DNA from: Hyalangium minutum
GTDB taxonomy: Bacteria > Myxococcota > Myxococcia > Myxococcales > Myxococcaceae
Direction of reading: 5' to 3'
Length of the DNA: 248,000 nucleotides
Assembly (NCBI RefSeq): GCF_000737315.1
Contig: NZ_JMCB01000008.1
Span: forward strand, 20,001-268,000
Part shown: positions 87,147 through 99,860 of the stretch, piece by piece
Position numbering within the stretch: position 1 is the stretch's first letter
Layout of the letters: every line of letters starts with the position of its first letter
The notes under the pieces: model-generated
Told to the model about the DNA's origin: nothing
The model's input: the letters and a program-made list of their open reading frames with translations, nothing else
Database searches by the model: none
Made by a program: the position numbers and the translations under genes

Positions 87147-87309
87147 CGCTGGCCCCACCGTCCTCGCCGCTCCGGCGCAGGGAGCCCTGGCCGGGCGAGG
87201 AGAAGAAGTAGCCCACGCGTGTTGGCAGGTCATCCCGGACGCGGAGCCGGGGAGATCGTCCTTCAGCGGACGGCCCAGGGGCTCCGGCGCCCCACCGCCG
87301 GAACGGGGC

Positions 87310-88194
87310 TCACAGAGGCTCCAGCACCCGGCGGAGATGCATGAGCACCTGCTTGATCTTCGGAATCTCCGAGAGCGCCTCGGGCACGCTGATTCGGAGC
87401 GCGCGCTCACGCCCCACCACGGTGGGCAGCACGGGCACCAACAGATCTTCGGGAACGCCGGGATCGGGCAGGTCCGCGCTGGGGACCAGGCCGATCCCCA
87501 ACCCCGCGATGCAGCAGGAGCGGATGAAGTGGATGTCCGCCGTGATGAGCGCCGGCTCGACCCGGATCGACGGCCCGCGCAGCGTGGGCCAGGAGCGTGC
87601 ATCCCCTCCTGGCGCTTCCCAGGAGAAGAGCTCGTGGCCTTGCAGCTCCTCCAACGAGCGCGGCGTCCCATTCCGCTCCAGGTAGTCCCTGCTGGCGATC
87701 AGCCCCTCGCGCACCCGCAGCACCACCTGAGAGAGCCACGGCCCCCGCGGCGTGTCCTCGCCAAAGTGGACCGCTATGTCCACGTCGTCCAGCGGCTCGC
87801 CCAGGGGATCGGCACTGAAGCGGGCGTGGACGTGGAGCAACGGATAGGTGCTCCGGAACGCTCCGAAGAGCGGCGTGAGCAAGTGCGGCGGCAGCCCCAC
87901 GGGCATCACCACCCGGAGCGTGCCCGAGGGCTCATGGCCCACCTCACGGATGGAGGCCAGCAGCGCGCTCGTCTCCTGCATCATGATCCGCCCACGCTGG
88001 GCGAGCACCTCCCCGGCCTCGGTCAAGAGGATGCCCTGCCGCGTGCTCTTGAGGAGCGGCACGCCCGCGCGCGCCTCCAGGGCTTCGACCCGGCGGCGCA
88101 GGGTGGTGCGTGACACGCCCAGCGACTCAGCGGCCGCCAGAAAGGACCCCGTCTCCGCGACGTCGAGAAAGGCCCTCAGCTCTTCCAGATCCAT
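87310..88194 (-). CDS. LysR regulator
   Basis: N-terminal HTH typical of LysR. Confidence 0.88.
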   Translation of the reverse strand: MDLEELRAFLDVAETGSFLAAAESLGVSRTTLRRRVEALEARAGVPLLKSTRQGILLTEAGEVLAQRGRIMMQETSALLASIREVGHEPSGTLRVVMPVGLPPHLLTPLFGAFRSTYPLLHVHARFSADPLGEPLDDVDIAVHFGEDTPRGPWLSQVVLRVREGLIASRDYLERNGTPRSLEELQGHELFSWEAPGGDARSWPTLRGPSIRVEPALITADIHFIRSCCIAGLGIGLVPSADLPDPGVPEDLLVPVLPTVVGRERALRISVPEALSEIPKIKQVLMHLRRVLEPL

Positions 88195-88334
88195 GCGCTT
88201 GCCTCGCTGCCAGGAATGAAGTGCCACGCCCGCACTGCACAGAGTTTGGACACCGCATGTCCGTCTTCGGCCATCCCTCGTGCGCCGCCGCGAGTACGAA
88301 GAGAGCGTCCAACTTCCCACAGGTGGAATGCCCC

Positions 88335-88973
88335 ATGCGCACCCCCGTCCTCCTCGCCCTCCCCCTCGCTCTGTTCACGCTGCCCGCCCTGGCCAAGGAT
88401 CCGGCCCTCGGCGCGACCACCTACACGGTCTACGAAGCCTACATGAGCCCCGCCCAGGAGCCGGGCGAGGAGTCGGAGACGCCGAAGGCACTGGAGAAGA
88501 GCCTCGGGGCCACCGCCCCCTCGACGCCGCGCGAGAACCGCAAGTCTCGCGGCTATGGGCAGATCCGGTTCGCCAAGGACCTGAGCAAGGCCTATGTGGA
88601 CGTCGAGATCCAAGGGGTCAACGCGGCGGACATCCTCATGTTCCACATCCACTGCGGCCCTCCGGGAGTCCTGGGCCCCATCATCGTGGATTTTGGCGAG
88701 TCCGAGAGCCCCGCGAAGAAGCTGGCCAACGGCAAGATGACCCTGGAGCTCACCAACAAGAATGTCCTCTTCGTCAAGGACATGCCCAAGAGCCTGAAGC
88801 CCTCGCTGCCCGAGAGCTGCCCGGCGGAGCTAGGCTTCCTGGCCCAGACCAAGACGATCGCGGGGCTCGAGTACCTGGCGCGCAAGGGCGTGCTCTACTT
88901 CAACCTCCACACCAAGGCTCACACGTACTACGGGGAGATGCGCGGCCAGCTCTACCCAGCCAAGGAGGAGTAG
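88335..88973 (+). CDS. CHRD-domain exported protein
   Basis: FHIHCG..G, YFNLHT..GEMRGQL. Confidence 0.75.
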   Translation: MRTPVLLALPLALFTLPALAKDPALGATTYTVYEAYMSPAQEPGEESETPKALEKSLGATAPSTPRENRKSRGYGQIRFAKDLSKAYVDVEIQGVNAADILMFHIHCGPPGVLGPIIVDFGESESPAKKLANGKMTLELTNKNVLFVKDMPKSLKPSLPESCPAELGFLAQTKTIAGLEYLARKGVLYFNLHTKAHTYYGEMRGQLYPAKEE

Positions 88974-89130
88974 CCCCAGGCGCGAAGTACGAGCCCTGGA
89001 CTGAAACTGAACGGGCCCCCGATCGACTCGTTGAGACTCGTAAGTTTGCCCTCGGGATGGCTTGAGGGCTCCAGCGCCCCAGCCCAAGGTCTGCCCCCTG
89101 TCGCGGGACTGTGCTCGCGCTGGAGGTGCC

Positions 89131-90282
89131 ATGCCTGAGGTCGCCGCATCCGCTCCGGAGAAGGGACATGCCCGGCTCTCCCTGGAGCAATTCGAGGCGC
89201 TGCTGATGGCGCTGCGGAACGAGGGATGGCAGCTCGTCGGGCCCACCGTGCGAGATGAAGCCCTCGTCCACGAGGGAATCTCCGGCGTGAAGGACCTGCC
89301 CCGCGGGTGGACGGAGGTTCAAGAGGCCGGGAGGTACAGGCTGGCGCGGCGCGAGGATGAGGCGCTCTTCGGCTACTCGGTGGGGCCCAAGTCCTGGAAG
89401 CACCTGCTGTTCGTCCCGCGGCTGCGCCTGATGAGCGCACATCGCCAGGAGGAGGGCTTCCGCGTCGAGAGCGAGCCCTCAGCGCCGCCCCGGCTGGCCC
89501 TCATTGGAGCCCGCTCCTGTGATCTGCACGCCATCGCCGTACAGGACCGGACCTTCCTGGAGGGCCCTTATCGGGATCCGGACTATGCGGCCCGGCGTGA
89601 GCGGCTCTTCGTCGTGGCCGTCAATTGTGGGCAGGCGGGAGGCACCTGCTTCTGCGTGTCCATGCGGACCGGCCCCCGCGTCACCTTCGGGTTCGACATC
89701 GCCCTCACCGAGCTGCTTGAGGGCGAGCACCGCTTCTTGGCGGAGGCGGGCAGCGAGCGGGGAGCGGCGCTGTTGGCGCGGCTGGGAGCTGGAGCGGCCT
89801 CGGAGGAGGACCTCCGGACGGCGGACGCGGTGGTGGAGCGAACCGCCCAGCGCATGGGCCGCACGATGGACACCACGGACATCAAGGGACTGCTCTACCG
89901 CAACCTGGAGCACCCGCGCTGGGACGACGTGGCGCAGCGCTGCCTGGCCTGCACCAACTGCACGCTGGTGTGCCCCACCTGCTTCTGCTCCACGGTGGAG
90001 GACACCTCGGACCTGCGAGGCGAGGTGGCCGAGCGGTGGCGCCGCTGGGACTCGTGCTTCACCCTGGAGCACTCCCATCTGCACGGGGGCAACGTCCGCC
90101 AGAGCATCCGGAGCCGCTACCGGCAGTGGCACACGCACAAGCTGGCGAGCTGGTGGGATCAGTTCGGCACCTCTGGGTGTATCGGCTGCGGGCGCTGCAT
90201 CACCTGGTGTCCCGTGGGCATCGACATCACCGAAGAGGTGGCCGCCATCCGCGCCGCCGATGGAGCCCGGAGCAGCGCCTGA
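89131..90282 (+). CDS. Group-3b hydrogenase beta subunit (4Fe-4S dicluster)
   Basis: [26 protein letters not shown]. Confidence 0.88.
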   Translation: MPEVAASAPEKGHARLSLEQFEALLMALRNEGWQLVGPTVRDEALVHEGISGVKDLPRGWTEVQEAGRYRLARREDEALFGYSVGPKSWKHLLFVPRLRLMSAHRQEEGFRVESEPSAPPRLALIGARSCDLHAIAVQDRTFLEGPYRDPDYAARRERLFVVAVNCGQAGGTCFCVSMRTGPRVTFGFDIALTELLEGEHRFLAEAGSERGAALLARLGAGAASEEDLRTADAVVERTAQRMGRTMDTTDIKGLLYRNLEHPRWDDVAQRCLACTNCTLVCPTCFCSTVEDTSDLRGEVAERWRRWDSCFTLEHSHLHGGNVRQSIRSRYRQWHTHKLASWWDQFGTSGCIGCGRCITWCPVGIDITEEVAAIRAADGARSSA

Positions 90283-90291
90283 GAGGAGCCC

Positions 90292-90392
90292 ATGACTTCG
90301 CCCCTTCCTCCTCTCGAGCAGCATCCCTTCCTGCGCGGGCTCTCTCCCGGACAACGCCAACGCCCCAGCGTTCCGGGAGGAGAGCCAGCGCC
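90292..90392 (+). pseudogene. Deletion scar: cNMP-protein start fused to delta-subunit end
   Basis: [19 protein letters not shown] matches 106178; next 40 bp match the end of the 107495 gene. Confidence 0.8.
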
Positions 90393-91688
90393 ATGACGAA
90401 TAAGACGCGCACCCTCCAGGTGGACTACCTCACGCGCGTGGAGGGAGAGGCCTCGCTCATCTTGCGCCTGGAGGGCGATAAGGCCACGGACGTGCGCCTG
90501 GCCATCTTCGAGCCTCCGCGCTTCTTCGAGGCGCTGCTGCGTGGGCGCTCGTACCTGGAGGCACCGGACATCACCTCGCGGATCTGCGGCATCTGCCCGG
90601 CGGCGTACCTGTTGAGCGCCTGCCACGCGGTGGAGGCCGCGCTGGGCGTGCACGTGGACGGGCCGCTCCGGGATCTGCGGCGGCTGCTGTACTGCGGCGA
90701 GTGGATCGAGAGCCATGCCCTCCACGTCTTCCTGCTGCACGCGCCCGACTTCCTGGGCTACCCGGACGCCCTCTCCATGGCGAAGGAGCACGGCGAGTGG
90801 GTGCAGCGAGGCCTGCGCATCAAGAAGGCGGGGAACACGCTCATGTCCATCCTGGGGGGCCGGTCCATCCACCCCATCAACGTGCGCGTGGGCGGCTTCT
90901 ACCGTGTGCCTCGGCGGGCTGAATTGGAGGCCCACCTGCCGGAGCTGCGCCGGGGACGTGACGCCACGATGGAGGCGTTGGAATGGATGGCCCGCTTCCC
91001 CTTCCCCGCATTCGAGCGCCCCTACGAGTTCGTCTCCCTGAGCCACCCCCATGAGTATCCACTGCTGGGAGAGCGGCTCGTCTCCTCCGAGGGGCTGGAC
91101 ATCCCTGTGGGCGAGTGGGACGCGCATTTCGTGGAGGAGCAGGTGCCGTACTCGAGCGCGCTGCACGCCCGGCGCGTGGGGAGGGGCGCGTACCTGTGTG
91201 GCCCGCTGGCCCGCTTCAACCTCCACTTCGACCAGTTGGCGCCCGAGGTGCAGGAAGCGGCTCACTGGGTAGGACTGTCCGTGCCGTGCCGGAACCCCTT
91301 CCGCACGCTGCTCGTGCGGCTGGTGGAGGTGCTCCAGTCCTTCACCACAGCCATTCATCTCATCGAGGACTACGAGGAACCCCCCGCGCCTCACGTGGAC
91401 ACTCCGCCCCGGGCGGGCACGGGTGTGGGTGCCACGGAGGCGCCTCGCGGGCTGCTCTACCACCGCTACACCCTGGACTCGGAGGGCACCATCCAGGAGG
91501 CCCGGATCGTCCCACCGACGTCGCAGAACCAGCTGTCCATCGAGGAAGACCTGCGCACGCTCGCGCCGGAGCTGGCCACTCGGCCCCTCGGGGATGCGAC
91601 CCTGCTGGCCGAGCGGGCCATCCGCAACCACGATCCGTGCATCTCGTGTGCGACCCACTTCCTCACTCTGAAACGGGAGCAGATATGA
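90393..91688 (+). CDS. [NiFe]-hydrogenase large (alpha) subunit, group 3b-like
   Basis: [19 protein letters not shown] plus short C-terminal extension. Confidence 0.93.
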   Translation: MTNKTRTLQVDYLTRVEGEASLILRLEGDKATDVRLAIFEPPRFFEALLRGRSYLEAPDITSRICGICPAAYLLSACHAVEAALGVHVDGPLRDLRRLLYCGEWIESHALHVFLLHAPDFLGYPDALSMAKEHGEWVQRGLRIKKAGNTLMSILGGRSIHPINVRVGGFYRVPRRAELEAHLPELRRGRDATMEALEWMARFPFPAFERPYEFVSLSHPHEYPLLGERLVSSEGLDIPVGEWDAHFVEEQVPYSSALHARRVGRGAYLCGPLARFNLHFDQLAPEVQEAAHWVGLSVPCRNPFRTLLVRLVEVLQSFTTAIHLIEDYEEPPAPHVDTPPRAGTGVGATEAPRGLLYHRYTLDSEGTIQEARIVPPTSQNQLSIEEDLRTLAPELATRPLGDATLLAERAIRNHDPCISCATHFLTLKREQI

Positions 91689-92167
91689 GCGAGAAAGCAC
91701 GCGTCATCGGCCTTGGGCAGGCGGCCGCCGGCGATGATCAGGTGGGACTGGCCGTCATCGAACGCCTGCGAATGCAGGGAGCTCCGGAGGGCGTGGAGTT
91801 GTTGGTGGCCGCCGAGCCGAGCGCACTCCTTCCGCTGCTGGAGACACCGGTCCCGGTCGTGCTCGTGGATGCGGTGCTGGCGGCACCGTCGGGCGAGGTG
91901 TGGGTCCTGGAGCCCGCGGAGCTGGAGCTGCGGGGACTCTCCACGATGTCGACCCACGGGCTTGGGGTGGCGCAGGCGGTGGCACTGGCCCAGCAGCTGT
92001 CTCCCGGAGCGGTGTCCCCTTCCATCCACCTCGTCGCCGTCAGCATCTCGCGGCCGGCGCGCTTCCAGCAGGGACTCTCTCCCGAGGTGGCCGCCGCTGT
92101 TCCTCGCGCGGCGGAGCACATCCTGCGAACCCTTCCCCTCTTGGAACAGGAGCAACGCCATGCATGA
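91685..92167 (+). CDS. Hydrogenase maturation protease
   Basis: GLG..AGDD.VG, STH. Confidence 0.85.
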   Translation: MSEKARVIGLGQAAAGDDQVGLAVIERLRMQGAPEGVELLVAAEPSALLPLLETPVPVVLVDAVLAAPSGEVWVLEPAELELRGLSTMSTHGLGVAQAVALAQQLSPGAVSPSIHLVAVSISRPARFQQGLSPEVAAAVPRAAEHILRTLPLLEQEQRHA

Positions 92168-92501
92168 GACGTCACTGGCCCGGCAGATGCTCGATGCGGT
92201 CCTCCAGCGCGCCAAGGCGCATGGAGCCTCGCGCGTGCGCGAGGTGCGAGGCTGGGTCGCGGAGACGGAGTCGCTGTCGCCCGACAGCCTCTCGTTCCAC
92301 TTCGCGGCTCACGCGCGGGGCACGAAGGCCGAAGGAGCAAGGCTCCTGCTGGAGCTCATCCACGTGGAGGCGCGCTGCCGGGCCTGTAACCGCACCTATG
92401 CCCCCGAGCACCACCTCCTGCTGTGTCCGGCCTGCGGCAGCACCGACGGAGAGCAGCTCCGGCAGACGGGACTGGCCGTCACCTCCATCGACGTGGAGTG
92501 A
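92160..92501 (+). CDS. hypA: Hydrogenase nickel metallochaperone
   Basis: MHE, CRAC...CPACG. Confidence 0.92.
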   Translation: MHETSLARQMLDAVLQRAKAHGASRVREVRGWVAETESLSPDSLSFHFAAHARGTKAEGARLLLELIHVEARCRACNRTYAPEHHLLLCPACGSTDGEQLRQTGLAVTSIDVE

Positions 92502-92510
92502 GGACTGGGC

Positions 92511-94811
92511 ATGATCCGGCTGGCCATCACCGTGCGAGGAGTCGTGCAGGGCGTGGGCTTCCGTCCCTTTGTCCACGCGGCGGCCACGGCCCGGGGGCTG
92601 TCGGGGTGGGTCCGCAACCGCACCGACGGTGTCCGCATCGAGGTGGAGGGGCCAGCGCCCCGCGTGAGCGACTTCCAGAGGGCCCTCGAGCGCGAAGCCC
92701 CTCCAGCGGCCCGCTTGGAGCACATGGGTGTCGAAGCGCTGCCGCTCCAGCGAGAACTCGGCTTCCGCATCCTCGAGAGCGATCCGAGCGCACCTCCCCG
92801 GCCCAGCATCCCAGCGGACCTGGCCACCTGCCCGGACTGCCTGGAGGAGGTGGTCTCCACGAGTGCGCGGCGCTTCCAGTACCCCTTCACCAACTGCACG
92901 CGCTGCGGGCCTCGGTGGACGATCATTGAAGCCCTGCCCTACGATCGGGCTCGCACGTCCATGAAGGCCTTCGCGATGTGCTCGGTCTGTGAGGCCGAGT
93001 ACCGCGACACACGGGACCGGCGCTTCCACGCCCAGCCCGTCGCATGTCCCGCGTGCGGCCCCTCGCTGCGGCTGCTTGGCCCCGAGGGGGATTGCCTGCG
93101 CGAAGGGGAAGCCGCACTGCGAGAGGCCGTGAAGGAAGTGCTCGCCGGAGGAATCCTCGCCCTCCAAGGGCTGGGGGGATTCCAGCTCCTCGTAGATGCC
93201 ACCGTCCCTGCGTCGGTCGAGCTCCTGCGCCAGCGCAAACGCCGTCTGGAGAAGCCCTTCGCGGTGATGTTTCCCTCGCTCGATCAGGTACGTACGGTCT
93301 GCGAGCTGGCCTCGGAGGAAGCGGCGGTGCTCACCTCCCCTGCAGCCCCCATCGTGCTCCTCCGCAAGCGCCTCTCCGGCGGCGCGAAGCCATGGGTCGC
93401 TGACGCGGTGGCTCCAGGCAACCCATGGCTGGGCGCGCTGCTGCCCTCCACACCCCTGCACCGAATGCTGCTCGATCTGGCGGAGCGCCCTCTGGTGTGC
93501 ACCAGCGGCAACCTCACCGACGAGCCCCTCTGCACCGCTCCCGGCGAGGCGCTGGATCGGCTGCGCGGAGTCGCCAGCCTGTTTCTGGTGCATGACCGGC
93601 CCATCCTCCGCCCGGTCGATGACTCCGTGGTGCGGATGGGACCGAACGGTCCGCTCGTGCTGCGCCGAGCCCGGGGTTATGCACCTCTCCCTCTGTCACT
93701 CCGTGCCGCTCCCCCGTACCTGTTGGCGCTTGGAGGCCACCTGAAGGGAACCGTCGCCCTCACTGTGGGAGAGCAAGCGGTGGTGAGCCAGCACTTGGGA
93801 GATCTGGGCTCTATCGAGGGCGCACGGCTCCTGGAGCGCACCGTGGAGGATCTGCTCCGGCTGTTCGAGGTGCACCCAGAAGCCGTCGCGTGCGATCTCC
93901 ACCCAGACTATGCCTCTACCCGGCTGGGCGAGCGCCTCTGCGAGCGCTGGGGAGTCCCACTCATCCAAGTGCAGCACCACCACGCCCACATCGCGGCGGT
94001 CATGGCTGAGCACGGACTCTCCGGCCCCGTACTCGGGCTCGCCTGGGACGGAGCAGGACTGGGAACAGACGGCACGCTGTGGGGCGGCGAGGCGCTGATC
94101 GTCGAAGGCGCGCGGTTCCGCCGGGTGGCACACCTTCGCCCCTTCCGCCTGGCCGGGGGAGAACAGGCCCAGCGAGAGCCTCGGCGGGCGGCGCTCGGAC
94201 TGCTCCACGCGATGGAGGGGCCTGGGGCCACCGTGCACCTGCGGGACGCCTTCACTGCGCACGAGGCGGACGTGCTCCTGGCCATGCTCGGGCGAGGGCT
94301 CCAGTCGCCGTTCACCACCAGCATGGGGCGGCTGTTCGACGCGGTCGCGGCGCTCTCCGGCGTCCAGCTGCGGACGAGCTTCGAGGGCCAGGCCGCCATG
94401 GCGCTCGAGTTCGCCGCAGGAGAGGACGCGGCCGTGGAGCCCTACCCTCTCCCACTGCGGAACGGCGAGCCTGCTGCGGCGGACTGGGAGCCTCTCATCC
94501 GAGCCCTGCTCGGGGATCGAACCCAAGGCGCGCCAGCCTCTCTCATGGCCCGCCGCTTCCACGCCTCGCTGGTCAGCCTGGCCGAAGCCATCGCGTCGCG
94601 GGCGGGCCTGCCCCACGTGGTGCTCGCGGGCGGGTGCTTCCAGAACCTGCGCCTGCTGCGGGACATCCAGGCACGCCTGCGCTCGCGAGGCTTCGAGGTG
94701 TGGACACCCCAGCAGTACCCACCCAACGACGGCAGCCTGTCCCTGGGCCAGCTCGCCGTCGCGGCATACCGCTACGAGGAGGCGCGCGATGTGTCTCGGC
94801 ATCCCCGGTGA
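92511..94811 (+). CDS. hypF: Carbamoyltransferase
   Basis: VQGVGFRP, Zn fingers, HHHAH, PPNDG. Confidence 0.95.
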   Translation: MIRLAITVRGVVQGVGFRPFVHAAATARGLSGWVRNRTDGVRIEVEGPAPRVSDFQRALEREAPPAARLEHMGVEALPLQRELGFRILESDPSAPPRPSIPADLATCPDCLEEVVSTSARRFQYPFTNCTRCGPRWTIIEALPYDRARTSMKAFAMCSVCEAEYRDTRDRRFHAQPVACPACGPSLRLLGPEGDCLREGEAALREAVKEVLAGGILALQGLGGFQLLVDATVPASVELLRQRKRRLEKPFAVMFPSLDQVRTVCELASEEAAVLTSPAAPIVLLRKRLSGGAKPWVADAVAPGNPWLGALLPSTPLHRMLLDLAERPLVCTSGNLTDEPLCTAPGEALDRLRGVASLFLVHDRPILRPVDDSVVRMGPNGPLVLRRARGYAPLPLSLRAAPPYLLALGGHLKGTVALTVGEQAVVSQHLGDLGSIEGARLLERTVEDLLRLFEVHPEAVACDLHPDYASTRLGERLCERWGVPLIQVQHHHAHIAAVMAEHGLSGPVLGLAWDGAGLGTDGTLWGGEALIVEGARFRRVAHLRPFRLAGGEQAQREPRRAALGLLHAMEGPGATVHLRDAFTAHEADVLLAMLGRGLQSPFTTSMGRLFDAVAALSGVQLRTSFEGQAAMALEFAAGEDAAVEPYPLPLRNGEPAAADWEPLIRALLGDRTQGAPASLMARRFHASLVSLAEAIASRAGLPHVVLAGGCFQNLRLLRDIQARLRSRGFEVWTPQQYPPNDGSLSLGQLAVAAYRYEEARDVSRHPR

Positions 94812-95040
94812 GGTGCTGTCCACGGTGGAGGGCCCGCTGCGCATGGGGCGCGTGGCCTTCGGCCAGGTCATCAAGGAGGTGTGCCTGGCCTATGTCCCCG
94901 AGGCCCAGCCCGGAGACTTCGTCGTGGTGCATGCCGGCTTCGCCATCAGCCGTGTGGATCCGGAGGGAGCCCTGCGTGTCTTCGCCTACCTGGAGGAGCT
95001 GGGCGAGACGGCCGAGAAGCTGGGAGGCCAATCCCCATGA
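94789..95040 (+). CDS. hypC: Hydrogenase chaperone
   Basis: MCLGIPG, VVHAGFA. Confidence 0.95.
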   Translation: MCLGIPGEVLSTVEGPLRMGRVAFGQVIKEVCLAYVPEAQPGDFVVVHAGFAISRVDPEGALRVFAYLEELGETAEKLGGQSP

Positions 95041-96131
95041 GGTATGTAGAAGAATACCGAGGCGCGGAGGAGGCCCACCGGTTTGTCCAGGCGCTCCACG
95101 CCCGGGTGACGCGGCCCTGGACGCTGATGGAGATCTGCGGGGGGCAAACGCACGCCATCGTCCGCTTCGGGATCGACCAACTGCTGCCGCCAGGACTCAC
95201 CCTCCTGCACGGTCCTGGCTGCCCGGTCTGCGTCACCTCGGTGGAGACCTTGGACAAGGCGCTGGCCATCGCCTCGCGGCCCGGCGTCGTGTTCTGCTCG
95301 TTCGGCGACATGCTCCGAGTGCCTGGCTCGGAGCGGGACTTGCTCTCGGTCAAGGCGGCGGGGGCGGACGTGCGCATCGTCTACTCGCCCATGGATGCGC
95401 TGGCCCTGGCCGAGCGGCTGCCCGGGCGCGAGGTCGTCTTCTTCGCCGTGGGCTTCGAGACCACCGCTCCGGCCAGCGCCATGGCCGTGCACGAGGCGCG
95501 GCGGCGGGGGCTGCGCAACTTCTCGCTCTTGGCGGCCCACGTCCTGGTGCCACCGGCGATGGAAGCGATCCTCGCGGACCGGAACCGGCGGGTGGATGGC
95601 TTCCTGGCCGCCGGCCACGTGTGCACGATCATGGGCATGGAGGCATACGGCCCGCTGGCGCGAGCGTACCGGGTCCCCATCGTCGTCACTGGCTTCGAGC
95701 CGCTGGACCTGCTGCAGGGCATCCACATGTGCGTGGCGCAGCTGGAGGATGGGCGCGCCGCGGTGGAGAACCAGTACGCCCGCGCCGTGCGGCCCCCGGG
95801 CAACGCACCTGCCCAGGCCATGCTGCAAGCGGTGTTCGAGGTGGTGCACCGCACGTGGCGGGGTATCGGCCCCATTCCATCGAGCGGCTTGGGGCTCCGC
95901 GCCGCCTACGCGGACTGGGACGCCGAGCGGAAGTTCGGCGTGTCCGCGGTGGGTGGCCGAGAGGACGCGGAGTGCCGGAGCGGCTCGGTGTTGCGAGGCC
96001 TGCTCAAGCCGCCCGAGTGCCCCGCCTTCGGCACCCGCTGCACACCCGAGACGCCGCTGGGAGCGACGATGGTGTCCTCCGAGGGCGCCTGTGCGGCCTA
96101 CTACCGCTACCGGAGGTTCACCGGCCCATGA
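95037..96131 (+). CDS. hypD: Hydrogenase formation protein
   Basis: [23 protein letters not shown]. Confidence 0.95.
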   Translation: MRYVEEYRGAEEAHRFVQALHARVTRPWTLMEICGGQTHAIVRFGIDQLLPPGLTLLHGPGCPVCVTSVETLDKALAIASRPGVVFCSFGDMLRVPGSERDLLSVKAAGADVRIVYSPMDALALAERLPGREVVFFAVGFETTAPASAMAVHEARRRGLRNFSLLAAHVLVPPAMEAILADRNRRVDGFLAAGHVCTIMGMEAYGPLARAYRVPIVVTGFEPLDLLQGIHMCVAQLEDGRAAVENQYARAVRPPGNAPAQAMLQAVFEVVHRTWRGIGPIPSSGLGLRAAYADWDAERKFGVSAVGGREDAECRSGSVLRGLLKPPECPAFGTRCTPETPLGATMVSSEGACAAYYRYRRFTGP

Positions 96132-97174
96132 GCACCCTCTTGAACCGGAGCTGCCCCGCACCGCTGAAGCACAGCACCATCCAGCTCGCGCACGGAGGAG
96201 GCGGACGGCTCATGCGCCAGCTCATCGAGGAGGTCTTCCTGGAGCCGCCTCCCGCCCTGGCGTGGACCGAGCGCCATGACAGCGCGGTGGTCCCCCTCGG
96301 CACGGAGCGACTGGCGCTCACCACGGACTCCTACGTGGTGACCCCTCGCTTCTTCCCTGGGGGAGACATCGGCAAGCTCGCGGTGTACGGCACGGTGAAC
96401 GACCTGGTCATGTCCGGGGCACGCCCGCTGTACCTGAGCGCGGGCTTCATTCTGGAGGAGGGGCTGGCGATGGAGGAGCTGCGCCGGGTGGTGGCCTCCA
96501 TGCGCGAGGCCGCCCGGGAGTGCGGCGTGAGGCTCGTCACGGGAGACACCAAGGTGGTGGACCGAGGCAAGGCGGATGGGCTCTTCATCAACACCTCGGG
96601 CGCGGGCCATGTGCCCGAGGGCCGCTCCGTCCACCCGAGGCGCGTGAGGCCAGGGGACGCGGTGCTCGTCTCTGGAGACGTGGGGCAGCACGGCATCGCC
96701 GTCCTCTCGGTGCGCGAGGGGCTCGCTTTCGAGACTCCCGTTCAGAGCGACTGCTCGCCGCTCACGCCGCTGGTGGAGGCGCTCTTCAGCGCGGGGGTGG
96801 ATGTGCATGCCCTGCGAGACACGACGCGAGGGGGGCTGGCCTCGGCCCTCAATGAACTGGCCCTCGATGGTGGAGTGAGTGTCCTCTTGGAGGAGACCTC
96901 GGTGCCGGTGAACGAGGCGGTCTCGGGAGCCTGCGAGTTGCTGGGCCTGGATCCCCTCTACGTGGCCTGCGAGGGGCGCATGGTGGCCTTCGTGCCCGAA
97001 CCCCAGGCAGAGGTGGCCTTGGCGGCCCTGCGCGGCCATCCCCTCGGTGTGGCAGCGGCCCGGATTGGGCGTGTCACCGAGGGCCCCGCGGGCAGGGTGT
97101 CTCTGCGCACGCGCCTCGGCGGACACCGGCTCTTGGATCTGCTCTCCGGGGAACAGCTCCCGCGCATCTGCTGA
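96128..97174 (+). CDS. hypE: Carbamoyl dehydratase
   Basis: AHGGGG, GTVNDL, PRIC C-terminus. Confidence 0.95.
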   Translation: MSTLLNRSCPAPLKHSTIQLAHGGGGRLMRQLIEEVFLEPPPALAWTERHDSAVVPLGTERLALTTDSYVVTPRFFPGGDIGKLAVYGTVNDLVMSGARPLYLSAGFILEEGLAMEELRRVVASMREAARECGVRLVTGDTKVVDRGKADGLFINTSGAGHVPEGRSVHPRRVRPGDAVLVSGDVGQHGIAVLSVREGLAFETPVQSDCSPLTPLVEALFSAGVDVHALRDTTRGGLASALNELALDGGVSVLLEETSVPVNEAVSGACELLGLDPLYVACEGRMVAFVPEPQAEVALAALRGHPLGVAAARIGRVTEGPAGRVSLRTRLGGHRLLDLLSGEQLPRIC

Positions 97175-97182
97175 AGCGCCGC

Positions 97183-99585
97183 TCACCCCGCCCTGCGCAA
97201 GCGGATCCAGCGGCGCACCAACTTGGCCAACTCCAGCGCCGTCACGGGGATGAGACCGAGCGCGAACATGAGCACCATCTCATTCCAGGGCAGAGGCACC
97301 AACTCGAAGAGGGTCCGCACCGCGGGAATCTCATAGAGCGCCCCCTGGATGAGCACAGACACGAGGATGACTCCGAGCAGCACCCGGTTGGTGAAGACAC
97401 CCACCTCCCAGAAGATGCGCGTGGAACTCCGGGCGATGAACGAGCGCAATAGCTCCGCGAAGACAAGCGTGGAGAACGCCAGCGAGCGGGCCCGCTCCAA
97501 GTGCGCCGCGGGATCCGCCCACAGGAAGACCCCGAGCACCACGGCCGCCTCGAGCGCACCGGCGGCGAAGATGGTGCGCCACTGAGCGCCTCCGAGCATC
97601 GGCTCATCGGGGCGGCGCGGTGGGGCCTGCAGCAGCTCGAGCCGGGCGGGGTCCATCACCAGCGCCAGCGCCGGCAGGCTGTCCGTCATGAGGTTGATCC
97701 AGAGCAGCTGCAACGGAACCAGGGGTAGGGGTTGGCCCATCAGCAGGGCGATGACCATCAGCAGGAGTTCACCCACATTGCCCACGAGCAGATACACCAG
97801 CGTCTTGCGAATGTTCTCGTAGATGGCGCGGCCCTCGCGGATGGCCGCCACGATGGTGGCGAAGTTGTCATCGGTGAGGACGATGTCCGCGGCCTCACGC
97901 GTCACCTCGGTGCCGGTGCGCCCCATGGCAATACCGATGTGAGCCTCGCGCAGCGCGGGCGCATCATTCACGCCGTCCCCGGTCATCGCCACCACCTCGC
98001 CGCGCTCCTTCCAGCGCCGGACGATGCGCAGCTTCTCCTCGGCGGTGACGCGGGCGTGGATCAGCTCGGAGGGGTCATCGCCCTCGCGAACGATTCCCAG
98101 CTCACGCCCGATGGCGAGCGCCGTCACGGGGTGATCGCCGGTGATCATCACCGTGCGGATTCCCGCCGCCCGTGCCGCAGCGACGGCCTCGATGGCCTCG
98201 GGCCGGGGCGGGTCCGCCATGCCCATCAACCCCAGCAGCTGGAGCCGCTCCTCCTCCGGACCCGAGCCCCGAGCCACGGCCAGCACCCGGAGTCCTCGAG
98301 AGGCCATCGCCTCGGCCTTCGCGAGCGCCCCTTCGGTGCCAGAGGTGCAGCGCGAAAGCAGGACCTCGGGCGCGCCCTTGACGGAGAGGACGCCATCCGC
98401 GCGCAGCACGGACATCCGCTTCCGCTCGGAGTCGAAGGGCTGCACGGCCACGCGGGGGTTCTCGCGCTCGATCTGCTCGCGCTGGATGCCACGCTCCAGG
98501 GCCGCGCGCAGCAGGGCCAGCTCCGTGGGGTCTCCTGTTCCTTCCTTCCCTTCGGGCCCGAGACTCGCGTCACAGCACGACGCCGCAGTCCGGAGGAGCG
98601 CCTCCTCATCTGAGCCCCACAGCTCGCGCACCGCCATGCTACCCGTGGTGAGCGTGCCGGTCTTGTCGGTGCACACCACCGTCGCCGAGCCCAGCGTCTC
98701 CACGGCCTGGAGCCGGCGCACCAGGGCATGCCGGCTCGCCATCCGCCGCACGCCCAACGCCAGGGCAATGGTCACCACGGCTGGAAGCCCTTCGGGCACG
98801 GCCGCCACCGCCAGCGAGATGGACGAGAGCAGCACGGGCAGCCAGCCCATGCCCCGCAGCAGGCCCAGCGCCGCCACAAGCAGCACGATACCGCCGCAGA
98901 CGATCAACAGCGCCTGGGTCACCCGGTTGAGCCGCTGTTGCAGCGGCGTCTCCGTGTCCTCGGCGGAGGCAAGCAGGTGGGCAATCTGCCCCAGCTCCGT
99001 GCGCATGCCAGTGGCGGTCACCACCGCCGTGCCCGTCCCTCGCGACACCGCGGTTCCCATGAACACACGGTCCGTGCGCTGCGCCAGGGGTGTTCCCTCG
99101 GGCGTGGGCCGGATGGACTTGTCCACGGGGGCGCTCTCTCCGGTGAGCGGCGCCTCGCTCGTGGCGAGCGAGTAGGCCTCCAGCAGCTGCGCATCCGCGG
99201 CCACAATGTCGCCCGCCTCTAGGAGCAGCACATCTCCCGGGACGATCTCCGCCGCAGGCAGATCGATGGGGTACCCATCGCGCAGGACACGGGCCCGGGG
99301 CGCGGTCATGGAGCGCAGCGCCTGCATGGCCTGCTCGGCCTTGAATTCCTGAGCGAACCCGACGAGCGCGTTGAGCACCACGATGATGCCAATAGCGATG
99401 GCGTCCGCCCGCTCCCCCATCAGGAAGGAGGCGACACTGGCCGCGATCAGCAGAGCGATCATCGGTGAGCGGAACTGATCCAGGAAGAGGCGCCAGCGGG
99501 GCCGAGCGGCCTCCCGGCGAATCTCGTTCCGCCCGGACTCGAGCAGGCGGCGTGCGGCCTCTGAGGTGGTCAATCCCGGGTTCAT
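97183..99585 (-). CDS. Cation-transporting P-type ATPase
   Basis: LTGES, VPEGL, DKTGT, GDGVND. Confidence 0.92.
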   Translation of the reverse strand: MNPGLTTSEAARRLLESGRNEIRREAARPRWRLFLDQFRSPMIALLIAASVASFLMGERADAIAIGIIVVLNALVGFAQEFKAEQAMQALRSMTAPRARVLRDGYPIDLPAAEIVPGDVLLLEAGDIVAADAQLLEAYSLATSEAPLTGESAPVDKSIRPTPEGTPLAQRTDRVFMGTAVSRGTGTAVVTATGMRTELGQIAHLLASAEDTETPLQQRLNRVTQALLIVCGGIVLLVAALGLLRGMGWLPVLLSSISLAVAAVPEGLPAVVTIALALGVRRMASRHALVRRLQAVETLGSATVVCTDKTGTLTTGSMAVRELWGSDEEALLRTAASCCDASLGPEGKEGTGDPTELALLRAALERGIQREQIERENPRVAVQPFDSERKRMSVLRADGVLSVKGAPEVLLSRCTSGTEGALAKAEAMASRGLRVLAVARGSGPEEERLQLLGLMGMADPPRPEAIEAVAAARAAGIRTVMITGDHPVTALAIGRELGIVREGDDPSELIHARVTAEEKLRIVRRWKERGEVVAMTGDGVNDAPALREAHIGIAMGRTGTEVTREAADIVLTDDNFATIVAAIREGRAIYENIRKTLVYLLVGNVGELLLMVIALLMGQPLPLVPLQLLWINLMTDSLPALALVMDPARLELLQAPPRRPDEPMLGGAQWRTIFAAGALEAAVVLGVFLWADPAAHLERARSLAFSTLVFAELLRSFIARSSTRIFWEVGVFTNRVLLGVILVSVLIQGALYEIPAVRTLFELVPLPWNEMVLMFALGLIPVTALELAKLVRRWIRLRRAG

Positions 99586-99860
99586 GGCTCCAGGGAGAGG
99601 GTACTCGCTGGAAGGCAGCGGGGTGGTGACGGCCATGACAAGGACTCCAGCGGTCGACACTGTGGCAGCCCCTCCCCTTTTCACATCCCGCGCCAGCAGC
99701 CCCACCTTGAACCGGACCGGTGTTGCCCTGGGAGGGGCTGCCTCCCAGGCTGCCCTCATGAGTCTCCTCACGCGCGGTTCATGCCTATCAAGAAGGAAGC
99801 ACCGAGTGCGGCCCGGCGCTGGACCGCACCTCACAGACGGCCTCGAGGAGGGAGCAGGCC

